From assembly GCF_003018115.1 (NCBI RefSeq), contig NZ_CP027457.1: a stretch of DNA of 64,000 bases. One strand, 5' to 3'. Within the stretch, counting starts at the first letter, position 1. Each line of letters opens with the position of its first letter. The notes under the pieces are model-generated. The model was not told where the DNA came from. It was given only the letters and a program-made list of their open reading frames with translations, and did no database searches. Positions 1-11,421 of the stretch are shown here, in pieces. The translations under genes and the position numbers were made by a program. This stretch comes from Escherichia coli (GTDB taxonomy: Bacteria; Pseudomonadota; Gammaproteobacteria; Enterobacterales; Enterobacteriaceae).

Positions 1-229
1 GGCTGCTAAAAACAGAAGTATTATTTTCATCTGTTTTTCACCTCTCCGTTGCGTTTATCCCGGATATAGATGAGTTGTTCTTTTAAGAGCTTCCGGCTCT
101 GCATGATGATGTCCTTATATTTGGCATTCCTGAACAAGGAAGAGTAACAACGGGCGGGACGCGAGGGGAATAAATGATTTCTGAAAAGTCCGGTAGCGGA
201 ACATTACCGCCACCGGGAGAATTTGCACG

Positions 230-1057
230 TTAGCCGCCGAACTGGTCAGGATCGGGACCGAGACGCTTGCCCTGATCGAGTTTTGCAATTTCGCCGAGTT
301 CGTCTTTGTCGAGACGGAAATCCCAGACATCAAAGTTTTCGGCAATACGTGAAGGTGTGACCGATTTCGGGATCACCACCAGGCCGCTATCCAGATGCCA
401 GCGGATAACAATTTGCGCCGGGGTTTTGCCGTATTTATCTGCCAGATCGCGAATGACTTTCTGATCGAAAACGCCTTTCCCTCCTTGCGCTAATGGGCTC
501 CAGGATTCGGTCTGGATTTTGTGTGTCGCGTTCCAGGCGTGTAGCTGGCGTTGTTGCATCAGCGGATGAAGTTCGATCTGGTTTATCACAGGCGTCACGC
601 CAGTTTCATCAATCAGGCGTTGCAGGTGATGGATCTGGAAGTTGCACACGCCGATGCTTTTGATTAATCCCTCTTTTTGCAATTCGATCATGCCTTTCCA
701 TGCTTCGACATAATGGTCGATAGCGGGAACGGGCCAGTGTATTAAGTAGAGGTCGATATAATCAAGCTGGAGTTTTTTCAGGCTGTCGAGCAGGGCTTCG
801 CGGGGGCGCTTGTGGTCGTCGTTCCACAGCTTAGTGGTGATGAACAGTTCTTCTCTGTTGACTGAGGCATTTTTCAGGGCTTTGCCGACACCTTCTTCGT
901 TCTTATAGGCCGCGGCGGTATCAATCGAGCGATAACCCACTTCTAACGCTTTTTGAATGGCGGTGATTACTTCCTCATTACTTGCTTGCCAGACGCCCAG
1001 TCCCAACTGGGGCATGACATTGCCATCCTGTAGCTTAATAACGGTTGGATTAGCCAT
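230..1057 (-). CDS. dkgA: 2,5-diketo-D-gluconate reductase A (aldo-keto reductase)
   Basis: 275-aa ORF recognised from memory as E. coli DkgA/YqhE; adjacent to yqhD and yqhC as on the E. coli chromosome. Confidence 0.92.
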   Translation of the reverse strand: MANPTVIKLQDGNVMPQLGLGVWQASNEEVITAIQKALEVGYRSIDTAAAYKNEEGVGKALKNASVNREELFITTKLWNDDHKRPREALLDSLKKLQLDYIDLYLIHWPVPAIDHYVEAWKGMIELQKEGLIKSIGVCNFQIHHLQRLIDETGVTPVINQIELHPLMQQRQLHAWNATHKIQTESWSPLAQGGKGVFDQKVIRDLADKYGKTPAQIVIRWHLDSGLVVIPKSVTPSRIAENFDVWDFRLDKDELGEIAKLDQGKRLGPDPDQFGG

Positions 1058-1161
1058 ACGTTCCTCCTTTATATGAACTCACCGGAGCAGGCTCCGGTGA
1101 GGTGTTGTGAACTTAAGTCTGGACGAAATGCCCGAAAACGAAAGTTTGAGGCGTAAAAAGC

Positions 1162-2325
1162 TTAGCGGGCGGCTTCGTATATACGGCGGCTGACATCCAG
1201 CGTAATGTCATGATTTTCGCCCAGTTGGGTCATGCCGTGCTCTTCCAGTTTTTTCAGCAAAGCCGGGATGGAGCTGCCGTCCAGACCGTAGTCGGAGAGG
1301 TGGGTCGGCACGCCTAATTGCTCAAAGAAATTGCGGGTTGCGGCAATCGCGGCGTCAATACGCTCATCGTCGGAACCTTCAGTGATGTTCCAGACGCGTT
1401 CAGCATATTGCAGCAGCTTAGCGCGCTTGGTATCGCGTTTTTCATTCCACAGTGCAGGCAGGACGATAGCCAGTGTTTGCGCGTGATCCAGACCGTGCAT
1501 CGCAGTCAGTTCGTGGCCCAGCATATGCGTTGCCCAGTCCTGCGGTACGCCAGCGCCAATCAAACCGTTCAGCGCCTGAGTCGCCGCCCACATGACGTTG
1601 GCGCGCACATCGTAGTTTTCTGGCTCTTTCAGGGCTTTCGGACCATCTTCGATTAGCGTCAGCAAAATGCCTTCTGCGAAACGGTCCTGAATTTTGGCAT
1701 CAACCGGTTTGGTAACATACTGTTCCACGGTGTGTACAAAGGCGTCCACTACGCCGTTAGCCACCTGACGCGGCGGCAGGGTGTAGGTATAAACCGGATC
1801 GAGCACGGCAAATACCGGCTGAACATGGGCAGAATGGAACGCCTGCTTGTCGCCTGTGGTTTTACGGGAGATCACCGCGCCTGCGTTGGATTCTGAACCG
1901 GTTGCTGGCAGCGTCAGCACACAGCCCATCGGGATGGCGCTTTTAATCTCTTTACCGCCCGTTTGCAGAATGTGCCACGGATCGATATTTTCCGGATAGT
2001 TAGCCGCTGCGGCGATAAATTTGGTGCCGTCCAGTACAGAACCGCCGCCAACCGCCAGCAGGAAAGTCACTTTCTGTTCGCGAACCAGTTTCACGGCGTT
2101 CATCAGCGTTTCATAAGCCGGGTTTGGCTCAATACCGCCAAATTCCAGCACGTCCATGCCTTTCAGGGCATCCAGAACTTGATCGAGAACGCCGGTTTTT
2201 TTCACGCTGCCGCCGCCGTAGGTAATCAATACGCGAGCATCGTGAGGAATTTGTTCGCGTAAACCAGCGATTGCGCCTTTACCAAACAGAATGCGGGTTG
2301 GGGTGTGCAGATTAAAGTTGTTCAT
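1162..2325 (-). CDS. yqhD: NADPH-dependent aldehyde reductase (iron-type alcohol dehydrogenase family)
   Basis: ORF trimmed to internal Met ([17 protein letters not shown]...) giving 387 aa; GGGS nucleotide-binding motifs; divergent from yqhC. Confidence 0.92.
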   Translation of the reverse strand: MNNFNLHTPTRILFGKGAIAGLREQIPHDARVLITYGGGSVKKTGVLDQVLDALKGMDVLEFGGIEPNPAYETLMNAVKLVREQKVTFLLAVGGGSVLDGTKFIAAAANYPENIDPWHILQTGGKEIKSAIPMGCVLTLPATGSESNAGAVISRKTTGDKQAFHSAHVQPVFAVLDPVYTYTLPPRQVANGVVDAFVHTVEQYVTKPVDAKIQDRFAEGILLTLIEDGPKALKEPENYDVRANVMWAATQALNGLIGAGVPQDWATHMLGHELTAMHGLDHAQTLAIVLPALWNEKRDTKRAKLLQYAERVWNITEGSDDERIDAAIAATRNFFEQLGVPTHLSDYGLDGSSIPALLKKLEEHGMTQLGENHDITLDVSRRIYEAAR

Positions 2326-2461
2326 TACTTGCTCCCTTTGCTGGGCCAATATGAGGGCAGAGAACGATCTGCCTGATGTTTTTCATTGTGATCGCCAGCG
2401 CCCTGGCTCTCAATGCTCATTTCTGCCAATGTCTTGCCTATTTCTCCAGAGTGCTGGAGAA

Positions 2462-3418
2462 ATGCTACAAAATTGCGCACAATCAAATTGCCGCATTATT
2501 CCTAAGAAATTACGCGATATGAAACGTGAAGAGATTTGCCGCTTGCTGGCGGATAAAGTTAATAAACTGAAAAATAAAGAAAATAGTTTGTCAGAACTGT
2601 TGCCCGATGTGCGTTTGTTGTATGGCGAGACGCCTTTCGCACGTACACCGGTGATGTACGAGCCTGGCATCATAATTCTCTTTTCCGGGCATAAAATCGG
2701 TTATATCAATGAACGCGTGTTTCGTTATGATGCCAATGAATACCTGCTGCTGACGGTGCCGTTGCCGTTTGAGTGCGAAACCTATGCCACGTCAGAGGTG
2801 CCGCTGGCAGGGTTGCGTCTCAACGTCGATATTTTGCATTTACAGGAACTGTTGATGGACATTGGCGAAGATGAGCATTTCCAGCCGTCGATGGCAGCCA
2901 GCGGGATTAACTCCGCCACGTTATCAGAAGAGATTTTATGCGCGGCGGAGCGGTTACTCGACGTGATGGAGCGACCACTGGATGCGCGTATTCTCGGCAA
3001 ACAGATCATCCGCGAAATTCTGTACTACGTGCTGACCGGACCTTGCGGCGGTGCGTTACTGGCGCTGGTCAGTCGCCAGACTCACTTCAGCCTGATTAGC
3101 CGCGTGCTGAAACGGATTGAGAATAAATACACCGAAAACCTGAGCGTCGAGCAACTGGCGGCAGAAGCCAACATGAGCGTATCGGCGTTCCACCATAATT
3201 TTAAGTCTGTCACCAGCACCTCGCCGTTGCAGTATTTGAAGAATTACCGTCTGCATAAGGCGCGGATGATGATCATCCACGACGGCATGAAGGCCAGCGC
3301 GGCGGCGATGCGCGTCGGCTATGAAAGCGCATCGCAATTTAGCCGTGAGTTTAAACGTTACTTCGGTGTGACGCCGGGGGAAGATGCGGCAAGAATGCGG
3401 GCGATGCAGGGGAATTAA
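2462..3418 (+). CDS. yqhC: AraC-family transcriptional activator of yqhD-dkgA
   Basis: ORF trimmed to ATG at 2462 (MLQNCAQ...) giving 318 aa; C-terminal AraC-type HTH region; the upstream ORF extension overlaps yqhD and is rejected. Confidence 0.9.
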   Translation: MLQNCAQSNCRIIPKKLRDMKREEICRLLADKVNKLKNKENSLSELLPDVRLLYGETPFARTPVMYEPGIIILFSGHKIGYINERVFRYDANEYLLLTVPLPFECETYATSEVPLAGLRLNVDILHLQELLMDIGEDEHFQPSMAASGINSATLSEEILCAAERLLDVMERPLDARILGKQIIREILYYVLTGPCGGALLALVSRQTHFSLISRVLKRIENKYTENLSVEQLAAEANMSVSAFHHNFKSVTSTSPLQYLKNYRLHKARMMIIHDGMKASAAAMRVGYESASQFSREFKRYFGVTPGEDAARMRAMQGN

Positions 3419-3422
3419 ATAC

Positions 3423-3446
3423 GTTCCCGGTACAGCAACCGGGAAC
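3423..3446. terminator. stem-loop between convergent yqhC and yghB
   Basis: inverted repeat gttcccgg-N8-ccgggaac; no strong U-tract immediately after, so weak. Confidence 0.3.
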
Positions 3447-3457
3447 GGGGAAAATCG

Positions 3458-4117
3458 TCAGGCGTTACAGTATTTTTTTTTAATCACCACAAACAGCGTG
3501 CCCAACAAGCCAGCGGTTAACAAGGCAATTGGCAGGATCATCAGGAACGTCATTACCTGATCTTCATGGCGTTTAACGAACGGAATCATACTTAAGGCAT
3601 AGCCGAAACTGGTTACCACGCTGACCCACAGCAATCCGCTTAACCAGTTGAAAAACTGGAAACGGCGGTTTGGCAGACCGGAAATTCCCGCCATGGTTGG
3701 CAGCAGCGTACGGACAAATGCAAGAAAACGTCCAGCCAGCAGCGCCAGCAGACCGTGGCGGTCAAACATGCAGGTGGCGCGCTGATGATATTTAGCAGGA
3801 AGCTGTGCCAGCCAGCCTTTCACCGTTTTGGTATTCCCTAACCAGCGCCCCTGAATATAACTTAGCCAGCAGCCCAGACTTGCTGCGGCGGTCAGAATCG
3901 CAATCGTAGGCAGAAAATCCATAACCCCCTGGGCAATCAATGCGCCTGCCAGTATCAACAAGCTGTCGCCTGGCAAAAATGAGGCGGGCAGCAGGCCGTT
4001 TTCTAAAAACAGCGTGGCAAACATGACAAAGTAAACAACGCTAACAATATGAGGATCCGCCAGCGCGGCAAAGTCGTGTTGCCAGAGCGCAGCGATGATA
4101 TCTTGAATAACAGCCAT
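3458..4117 (-). CDS. yghB: DedA-family inner membrane protein
   Basis: 219-aa hydrophobic ORF recognised as YghB; gene order. Confidence 0.9.
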
Positions 4118-4256
4118 GGACTTTCCTGTGGAACAGCGTTTAAGCCTTTATCTGCCTATTGTACTCCTGAATCGTCCGGGACGCCTTGATCCCGGACGCA
4201 ACAATTTAAGACTTTTCACAATAAAATGTCTGCAAAATTGTCCAAAAGTGGCAATG

Positions 4257-5444
4257 TTATACAATTCGCGCAAAACCGGCGTCCAGATCGGCAATCAGAT
4301 CGTCGACATCTTCCAGACCAATATGCAGGCGAATCAAGGTCCCGCTAAAATCGATCTCGCCTTGTGGGCGAATGGCGGCGATATGTTCTGGTTGATTTGC
4401 CAGGATCAACGATTCATACCCGCCCCACGAGTAGGCCATGCTGAATAAACTGAAGTTATCCAGATAGTTCGCCAGCTCTTCATCATTGAGTTTTTTCTTA
4501 AGCACAAAGGAAAATAGTCCGCTGCTGCCTGTAAAGTCTCGTTTCCAGAATTTGTGGCCTTTACTGCCAGGCAGAGCAGGGTGGTTAACTCGCGCTACTT
4601 GCGGATGTTCTGCTAGCCATTCAGCCACTTTCAGACTGCTTTCATGATGTTGACGCAAACGCACACCTAATGTGCGCAGGCCACGGCTGGTTATATAGGC
4701 GGTATCGGCATCGACCATCTGGCCCATCAGATAGGCATTTTCCCGTAGCTGCTCCCAGCAACGGGCATTGCACACGGCAGTGCCAATCATCGCATCTGAA
4801 TGCCCAACCAGATATTTGGTGGCGGCTTGAATAGAAACATCAATGCCAAAATCCAGCGCCTTAAACAGCACACCGGCTGCCCAGGTGTTGTCGATCATAA
4901 TGATGGCATCCGGCACCACACTGCGTACGGCGGCAACAATCGCCGGAACGTCGTGGACTTCCATGGTGATGGAGCCTGGCGATTCCAGAAACACGATTTT
5001 AGTGTTTGGCTGCAGATGCTTAACGATATCGGCACCAATCAGCGGATCAAACCACGATGTCGTTACGCCCAGTTTGCTGAGGATTTTGCTACAGAAATCC
5101 TGACTCGGTTCATAGGCGGTGTTGGTCATCAACACATGATCGCCCTGTTCGACAAAAGCAAGAATCGAATTAGCAACCGCTGCCGCCCCGCAGGGAAATA
5201 GCGCGCAGCCTGCGCCACCTTCCAGTTCACACATCGCTTGTTGTAAGGAAAAATGGGTTAACGTTCCGCGCCGTCCATAGAACAACTCGCCATTGGCGCG
5301 ATTGCGCGTCGCGTGCTTTTTGGCTTCCATACTCTCAAATACCAGCGAAGAAGCGCGCTGAATCACGCTATTTACCGCGCCGAGAGTGTATTTTTTGCTG
5401 CGTCCTGCATTCACCAGTTGAGTATCAAGCTTTTTGTCCGCCAT
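4257..5444 (-). CDS. metC: cystathionine beta-lyase (PLP-dependent)
   Basis: ORF trimmed to Met at 5444 ([15 protein letters not shown]...) giving 395 aa; Cys/Met-metabolism PLP enzyme family. Confidence 0.93.
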   Translation of the reverse strand: MADKKLDTQLVNAGRSKKYTLGAVNSVIQRASSLVFESMEAKKHATRNRANGELFYGRRGTLTHFSLQQAMCELEGGAGCALFPCGAAAVANSILAFVEQGDHVLMTNTAYEPSQDFCSKILSKLGVTTSWFDPLIGADIVKHLQPNTKIVFLESPGSITMEVHDVPAIVAAVRSVVPDAIIMIDNTWAAGVLFKALDFGIDVSIQAATKYLVGHSDAMIGTAVCNARCWEQLRENAYLMGQMVDADTAYITSRGLRTLGVRLRQHHESSLKVAEWLAEHPQVARVNHPALPGSKGHKFWKRDFTGSSGLFSFVLKKKLNDEELANYLDNFSLFSMAYSWGGYESLILANQPEHIAAIRPQGEIDFSGTLIRLHIGLEDVDDLIADLDAGFARIV

Positions 5445-5608
5445 GTCGGGATTCCTGTTTTTATACGTCTGGATGTCTAAACTAGCATGAATATTCGCGG
5501 GCGCATCCTGAAGAATTGGCATAAAGCAGAAAATTTTCGCAAATGGCGTGCTGGTGACTTTTTTACTGCGTAAACGCAAGGAAAAGAAAGCAAAGGTACG
5601 GCAGTATG

Positions 5609-5662
5609 CAAATAGTAATGAGAACGACTATCAATTCGACGTCGTTTTGATATTATTATGCG
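5609..5662 (+). promoter_or_regulatory. putative Fur-box / promoter region upstream of exbB
   Basis: AT-rich segments aatagtaatgagaacgactatc and tgatattattatg resemble the Fur consensus GATAATGATAATCATTATC; exbBD is known to be iron-regulated. Confidence 0.3.
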
Positions 5663-5695
5663 CAGATTTTGTGACTTGCGTCCTGGAGATACACA

Positions 5696-6430
5696 GTGGG
5701 TAATAATTTAATGCAGACGGACCTTTCCGTCTGGGGTATGTATCAGCACGCCGATATTGTCGTTAAGTGCGTGATGATTGGGCTTATTTTGGCCTCCGTA
5801 GTCACCTGGGCAATCTTCTTCAGTAAGAGCGTAGAGTTCTTCAATCAGAAGCGTCGCCTTAAGCGCGAGCAGCAACTGCTGGCTGAAGCGCGTTCCTTAA
5901 ACCAGGCCAACGATATCGCCGCTGATTTTGGTAGCAAAAGCTTAAGCCTGCATTTGCTCAATGAAGCGCAGAATGAGCTGGAACTGTCAGAAGGCAGCGA
6001 CGATAACGAAGGTATTAAAGAACGTACCAGCTTCCGTCTGGAGCGTCGGGTCGCCGCAGTAGGTCGTCAAATGGGCCGCGGTAACGGCTATCTGGCAACC
6101 ATCGGCGCGATTTCGCCGTTCGTTGGTCTGTTTGGTACGGTCTGGGGCATCATGAACAGCTTTATTGGTATCGCGCAAACGCAGACTACTAACCTGGCAG
6201 TCGTTGCGCCGGGTATCGCAGAAGCTCTGTTAGCAACGGCAATCGGCCTCGTGGCAGCGATTCCTGCGGTCGTTATCTATAACGTATTCGCGCGTCAGAT
6301 TGGCGGCTTTAAAGCGATGCTGGGTGATGTCGCAGCGCAGGTATTGTTGCTGCAAAGCCGTGACCTGGATCTGGAAGCCAGCGCCGCTGCGCATCCGGTT
6401 CGTGTCGCACAAAAATTACGTGCAGGATAA
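5696..6430 (+). CDS. exbB: TonB-system energising protein ExbB
   Basis: 244-aa ORF recognised as ExbB; followed 6 nt later by exbD. Confidence 0.95.
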   Translation: MGNNLMQTDLSVWGMYQHADIVVKCVMIGLILASVVTWAIFFSKSVEFFNQKRRLKREQQLLAEARSLNQANDIAADFGSKSLSLHLLNEAQNELELSEGSDDNEGIKERTSFRLERRVAAVGRQMGRGNGYLATIGAISPFVGLFGTVWGIMNSFIGIAQTQTTNLAVVAPGIAEALLATAIGLVAAIPAVVIYNVFARQIGGFKAMLGDVAAQVLLLQSRDLDLEASAAAHPVRVAQKLRAG

Positions 6431-6436
6431 TGTCCG

Positions 6437-6862
6437 ATGGCAATGCATCTTAACGAAAACCTCGACGATAACGGCGAAATGCATGATATCAACGTGACGC
6501 CGTTTATCGACGTGATGTTGGTTCTGCTGATTATCTTTATGGTGGCGGCACCGTTAGCGACGGTAGATGTGAAGGTTAACTTGCCTGCTTCTACCAGCAC
6601 GCCGCAGCCGCGCCCGGAAAAACCGGTTTATCTGTCGGTGAAGGCAGACAACTCGATGTTTATCGGTAACGATCCGGTCACCGATGAAACAATGATTACG
6701 GCGTTGAATGCGTTAACCGAAGGCAAGAAAGACACCACCATCTTCTTCCGAGCGGATAAAACCGTCGATTACGAGACGTTGATGAAGGTAATGGATACGC
6801 TGCATCAGGCGGGTTACCTGAAGATAGGTCTGGTCGGCGAAGAAACCGCCAAAGCGAAGTAA
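6437..6862 (+). CDS. exbD: TonB-system protein ExbD
   Basis: 141-aa ORF recognised as ExbD; single N-terminal TM segment. Confidence 0.95.
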   Translation: MAMHLNENLDDNGEMHDINVTPFIDVMLVLLIIFMVAAPLATVDVKVNLPASTSTPQPRPEKPVYLSVKADNSMFIGNDPVTDETMITALNALTEGKKDTTIFFRADKTVDYETLMKVMDTLHQAGYLKIGLVGEETAKAK

Positions 6863-6871
6863 AGTAGAATT

Positions 6872-7080
6872 GCCTGATGCGCTACGCTCATCAGGCCTAC
6901 AAAATCTATTGCAACATGTTGAATCTTCGTGCGTTTGTAGGCCGGATAAGGCGTTCACGCCGCATCCGGCATTAGGTGCTCAATGCCTGATGCGCTACGC
7001 TTATCAGGCCTACAAAATCTATTGCAACATGTTGAATCTTCATGCGTTTGTAGGCGGATAAGGCGTTTTCGCCACATCAG
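6872..7080. repeat. tandem REP/BIME array (two ~110-bp units)
   Basis: gcctgatgcgctacgct(c/t)atcaggcctacaaaatctattgcaacatgttgaatcttc...gtaggc(c)ggataaggcg occurs twice in tandem; palindromic REP cores. Confidence 0.8.
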
Positions 7081-7100
7081 GTAAGAGTGAATTCACAATG

Positions 7101-7135
7101 ATGCCCGGTTGCTTTTCACAACCGGGCATTTTTTT
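7101..7135 (+). terminator. rho-independent terminator of exbBD
   Basis: hairpin atgcccggttg-cttttca-caaccgggcat followed by ttttttt; directly abuts yghA stop on the opposite strand. Confidence 0.6.
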
Positions 7136-8018
7136 AACCTAAATGCTCGCCGCCGCACACACCGTGCACTTCTGCGGTGACGTAGCTCGACTCCTGACTT
7201 GCCAGATAAACATATACAGGGGCCAGTTCCGCCGGTTGCCCCGCACGTTTCATCGGCGTTTGCTGACCAAACTGCGGGATCTTATCCTGCGTTTGTCCGC
7301 CGGAAATTTGCAGTGCTGTCCAGATCGGGCCTGGCGCGACAATATTTACCCGAATACCTTTCTCCGCGACCTGTTTTGCCAGGCCTCGGCTGTAGTTCAG
7401 AATCGCCGCCTTCGTAGCCGCATAGTCCAGTAAATGCGGACTTGGCTGGTATGCCTGGATTGACGAAGTGGTGATAATACTTGCACCTTTCGGTAGCATG
7501 GGGATCGCTTCCTGGGTTAGCCAGAACAGCGCGAAAACGTTAATGGCAAAGGTCTTTTGAAACTGTTCGCTGGTGAGGTCTGCAATATCCGGAATGGCAA
7601 CCTGTTTCCCGGCGACCAGCGCCATAATATCCAGCCCGCCTAAGGCCTTATGCGCTTCGTGAACTAGCGAACGGGCAAATTTCTCATCGCTTAAATCGCC
7701 TGGCAGCAGAACGGCTTTGCGTCCGCATTCTTCAATGATCTTTTTCACATCCTGAGCGTCTTCTTCTTCCACGGGAAGATAACTGATCGCCACGTCAGCC
7801 CCTTCACGCGCGTAAGCGATGGCGGCAGCGCGACCGATTCCGGAATCGCCCCCTGTCACCAGGGCTTTACGATCTTTCAGGCGACCGCTACCAACATAGG
7901 TTTTCTCGCCGCAATCCGGTACCGGTGTCATCTTCGCCTGGATGCCTGGCGTCGGTTGTTTCTGTTTGGGATATTCACCAGTGTAATACTGCGTGGTTGG
8001 GTCTTTTAAATGAGACAT
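7134..8018 (-). CDS. yghA: NADP-dependent short-chain dehydrogenase/reductase
   Basis: 294-aa ORF with SDR glycine-rich motif (VTGGDSGIG); recognised as YghA. Confidence 0.9.
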   Translation of the reverse strand: MSHLKDPTTQYYTGEYPKQKQPTPGIQAKMTPVPDCGEKTYVGSGRLKDRKALVTGGDSGIGRAAAIAYAREGADVAISYLPVEEEDAQDVKKIIEECGRKAVLLPGDLSDEKFARSLVHEAHKALGGLDIMALVAGKQVAIPDIADLTSEQFQKTFAINVFALFWLTQEAIPMLPKGASIITTSSIQAYQPSPHLLDYAATKAAILNYSRGLAKQVAEKGIRVNIVAPGPIWTALQISGGQTQDKIPQFGQQTPMKRAGQPAELAPVYVYLASQESSYVTAEVHGVCGGEHLG

Positions 8019-8139
8019 CGTTTTTCTCCCTTCAGGTTCAACGTCCTTTAAGGGTAGACGCTCTCGATGCGTTGATAAGGGAACCAGGAAGATCCCTAAC
8101 CCTCAGAATTATGCGACAAAGGTTTAACGGATATGTTGA

Positions 8140-8703
<564 letters not shown>

Positions 8704-8710
8704 TCTGATT

Positions 8711-8731
8711 CGGGCGCGGTTCTCGCGCCCG
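8711..8731 (+). terminator. candidate terminator after yqhA
   Basis: hairpin cgggcgcg-gttct-cgcgcccg followed by ttatt. Confidence 0.35.
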
Positions 8732-8742
8732 TTATTAACAGG

Positions 8743-9783
8743 TCATTTATCGGAAGACGCCTGCCACAGATTCAGCTCGCCATCGGCGATATGCTGATCA
8801 ATCTGCGCCAGCTCCTCGGTGCTAAACGTCAGATTATTCAGCGCCTGCACGTTCTCCTCAAGTTGCTCCGCGCGGCTGGCACCAATCAATACCGACGTCA
8901 CGCGATCATCTTTCAGCAACCAGCTTAACGCCATTTGCGCCATTGATTGTCCACGCTGCTGTGCCATTTCATTCAATAAGCGCAGGCTGTTGAGGTTGGC
9001 TTCGGTGAGCATTTTCGGCGACAGGCCACGAACTTTATTCCCTTCACGATGCATCCGTGAATCTTCAGGAATGCCGTTGAGATATTTTCCGGTCAGCAAT
9101 CCCTGAGCCAGAGGAGTAAAGGCAATGCAGCCCACGCCGTTATTTTGCAGGGTATCCAGCAGGCCGCTTTTATCCACCCAGCGGTTTAGTAAATTGTACG
9201 AAGGTTGATGAATTAACAGCGGAATTTTCCACTCGTGCAGCAACTCGACCATTTTTTGCGTCCGCTCTGGCGAGTAAGAGGATATCCCGACATACAGCGC
9301 CTTACCGCTTTGTACCGCATGAGCCAGCGCAGAGGCGGTTTCTTCCATCGGCGTATTTTCATCGACGCGATGAGAGTAAAAGATATCGACATACTCAAGC
9401 CCCATACGCTTCAGGCTTTGGTCGAGGCTGGCGAGCAGGTATTTACGTGAACCGCCAGAGCCGTAAGGGCCGGGCCACATATCGTAGCCAGCCTTGGTAG
9501 AGATAATCAGTTCATCGCGATAAGCGGCAAAATCCTCCCGCAGCAGGCGACCAAAGTTCTCTTCTGCGCTTCCTGGAGGCGGCCCGTAATTGTTGGCTAA
9601 ATCAAAGTGCGTAATGCCCAAATCAAACGCTTTACGCAGGATCGCACGCTGTGATTCCAGCGCGTTAACGTGACCGAAATTGTGCCATAAACCGAGCGAT
9701 AACGCGGGCAGGCGTAAACCGCTTTTTCCGCAATAGCGGTATTGCATCTGCCCGTAACGTTCGGGATTCGCTAACCAGACCAT
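8743..9783 (-). CDS. gpr: aldo-keto reductase (L-glyceraldehyde 3-phosphate reductase)
   Basis: 346-aa AKR-family ORF recognised as YghZ/Gpr. Confidence 0.9.
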   Translation of the reverse strand: MVWLANPERYGQMQYRYCGKSGLRLPALSLGLWHNFGHVNALESQRAILRKAFDLGITHFDLANNYGPPPGSAEENFGRLLREDFAAYRDELIISTKAGYDMWPGPYGSGGSRKYLLASLDQSLKRMGLEYVDIFYSHRVDENTPMEETASALAHAVQSGKALYVGISSYSPERTQKMVELLHEWKIPLLIHQPSYNLLNRWVDKSGLLDTLQNNGVGCIAFTPLAQGLLTGKYLNGIPEDSRMHREGNKVRGLSPKMLTEANLNSLRLLNEMAQQRGQSMAQMALSWLLKDDRVTSVLIGASRAEQLEENVQALNNLTFSTEELAQIDQHIADGELNLWQASSDK

Positions 9784-9939
9784 GACCTCTCCTTTCCACC
9801 GTTCAATTTCGAAACAATGTTTCTAGTTTAGCGATTCGCCAGCGCGTATCCCGTAGTCTGGCTCACAGAGTGACGAAAAACTGGGCAAAAACACGTGCTT
9901 ATGCTTTGCTTAAAAAAACACCAACTGAGGAGTGCAACG

Positions 9940-10827
9940 ATGCCGCGTTTAACCGCCAAAGATTTCCCACAAGAGTTGCTGGATTACTACGACTATTACG
10001 CTCACGGGAAAATCTCGAAACGTGAGTTCCTCAACCTTGCGGCGAAGTATGCGATAGGCGGGATGACGGCATTAGCGTTGTTTGATTTGCTCAAGCCAAA
10101 TTATGCGCTGGCGACTCAGGTAGAGTTTACCGACCCGGAGATTGTTGCTGAGTACATCACGTATCCTTCGCCAAATGGTCACGGTGACGTACGTGGTTAT
10201 CTGGTGAAGCCCGCGAAGATGAGCGGCAAAACGCCAGCCGTGGTGGTGGTGCATGAGAATCGTGGACTGAATCCGTATATCGAAGATGTGGCACGGCGAG
10301 TGGCGAAGGCGGGGTATATCGCCCTGGCACCTGACGGCTTAAGTTCCGTTGGCGGTTATCCGGGTAATGATGATAAAGGTCGTGAGCTGCAACAGCAGGT
10401 TGATCCAACCAAACTGATGAATGATTTCTTTGCCGCAATTGAGTTTATGCAACGCTATCCGCAAGCGACAGGCAAAGTGGGTATTACCGGATTTTGCTAT
10501 GGCGGTGGCGTATCGAACGCGGCGGCTGTCGCGTATCCGGAACTGGCCTGCGCGGTGCCGTTTTATGGTCGTCAGGCACCCACTGCCGATGTGGCGAAGA
10601 TTGAAGCGCCTTTACTACTCCACTTCGCGGAACTGGACACCCGAATCAACGAGGGCTGGCCTGCTTACGAGGCGGCGTTGAAAGCCAATAATAAGGTTTA
10701 TGAGGCGTATATCTATCCGGGGGTTAATCACGGATTCCATAATGATTCCACGCCCCGTTATGACAAATCTGCCGCCGATCTTGCCTGGCAAAGGACACTG
10801 AAATGGTTCGATAAATATCTCTCCTGA
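9940..10827 (+). CDS. yghX: dienelactone hydrolase-family protein (intact YghX)
   Basis: ORF trimmed to ATG at 9940, preceded by GAGGAG Shine-Dalgarno; 295 aa; uninterrupted reading frame here. Confidence 0.8.
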   Translation: MPRLTAKDFPQELLDYYDYYAHGKISKREFLNLAAKYAIGGMTALALFDLLKPNYALATQVEFTDPEIVAEYITYPSPNGHGDVRGYLVKPAKMSGKTPAVVVVHENRGLNPYIEDVARRVAKAGYIALAPDGLSSVGGYPGNDDKGRELQQQVDPTKLMNDFFAAIEFMQRYPQATGKVGITGFCYGGGVSNAAAVAYPELACAVPFYGRQAPTADVAKIEAPLLLHFAELDTRINEGWPAYEAALKANNKVYEAYIYPGVNHGFHNDSTPRYDKSAADLAWQRTLKWFDKYLS

Positions 10828-10945
10828 TAGGTTTATCTCTTACGGGATTACGTCTTAAACAAGCATGAAAAAATAGCGTGCGCAAAAGTCGTTCTTTGCC
10901 TAAAATATCGCTATATATGACAATATATAGCGAATGAGGTGAACG

Positions 10946-11233
10946 ATGAATAACCATTTTGGTAAAGGCTTAATGGCGGGATTAAAAGCAACGCATGCCG
11001 ACAGTGCGGTTAATGTGACAAAATTCTGTGCCGATTATAAACGCGGTTTTGTATTAGGCTACTCACATCGGATGTACGAAAAGACCGGAGATCGCCAGCT
11101 TAGCGCCTGGGAAGCGGGTATTCTGACGCGCCGCTATGGACTGGATAAAGAGATGGTAATGGATTTCTTTCGTGAGAATAATTCCTGTTCTACGTTGCGC
11201 TTTTTTATGGCCGGTTATCGCCTCGAAAATTGA
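10946..11233 (+). CDS. yghW: DUF2623-family small protein
   Basis: 95-aa ORF at the position expected for yghW upstream of hybO. Confidence 0.7.
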
Positions 11234-11421
11234 TCAAACATACGTATTATCTTGCTTTAATTAATTACACTAATGCTTCTTCCCTTCGTTTTAGCGCCCC
11301 GCCGCAGTATCATGATATCGATAACCATAATAAATGTGTGGTAAATGGCGCATCGATCGCATTATTGATTTTGCGATTGAGGCAAAATATATGCCAGGTC
11401 TTCGCAACGGAATAACTATAA
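11234..11421 (+). promoter_or_regulatory. hyb operon promoter/control region
   Basis: 188-bp AT-rich intergenic region upstream of hybO; hyb is known to be anaerobically regulated; individual sites not resolved. Confidence 0.4.

Noticed and set aside
2291-2461. N-terminal extension of the yqhC ORF
   Set aside because: Would overlap the yqhD start region on the opposite strand; the ATG at 2462 gives the expected 318-aa AraC-family protein.
6872-7080. Possible CRISPR array (also considered for 50326-50626)
   Set aside because: Units are ~110-125 bp imperfect palindromic REP elements with no short constant repeats separated by unique spacers, and there are no cas genes in the window.
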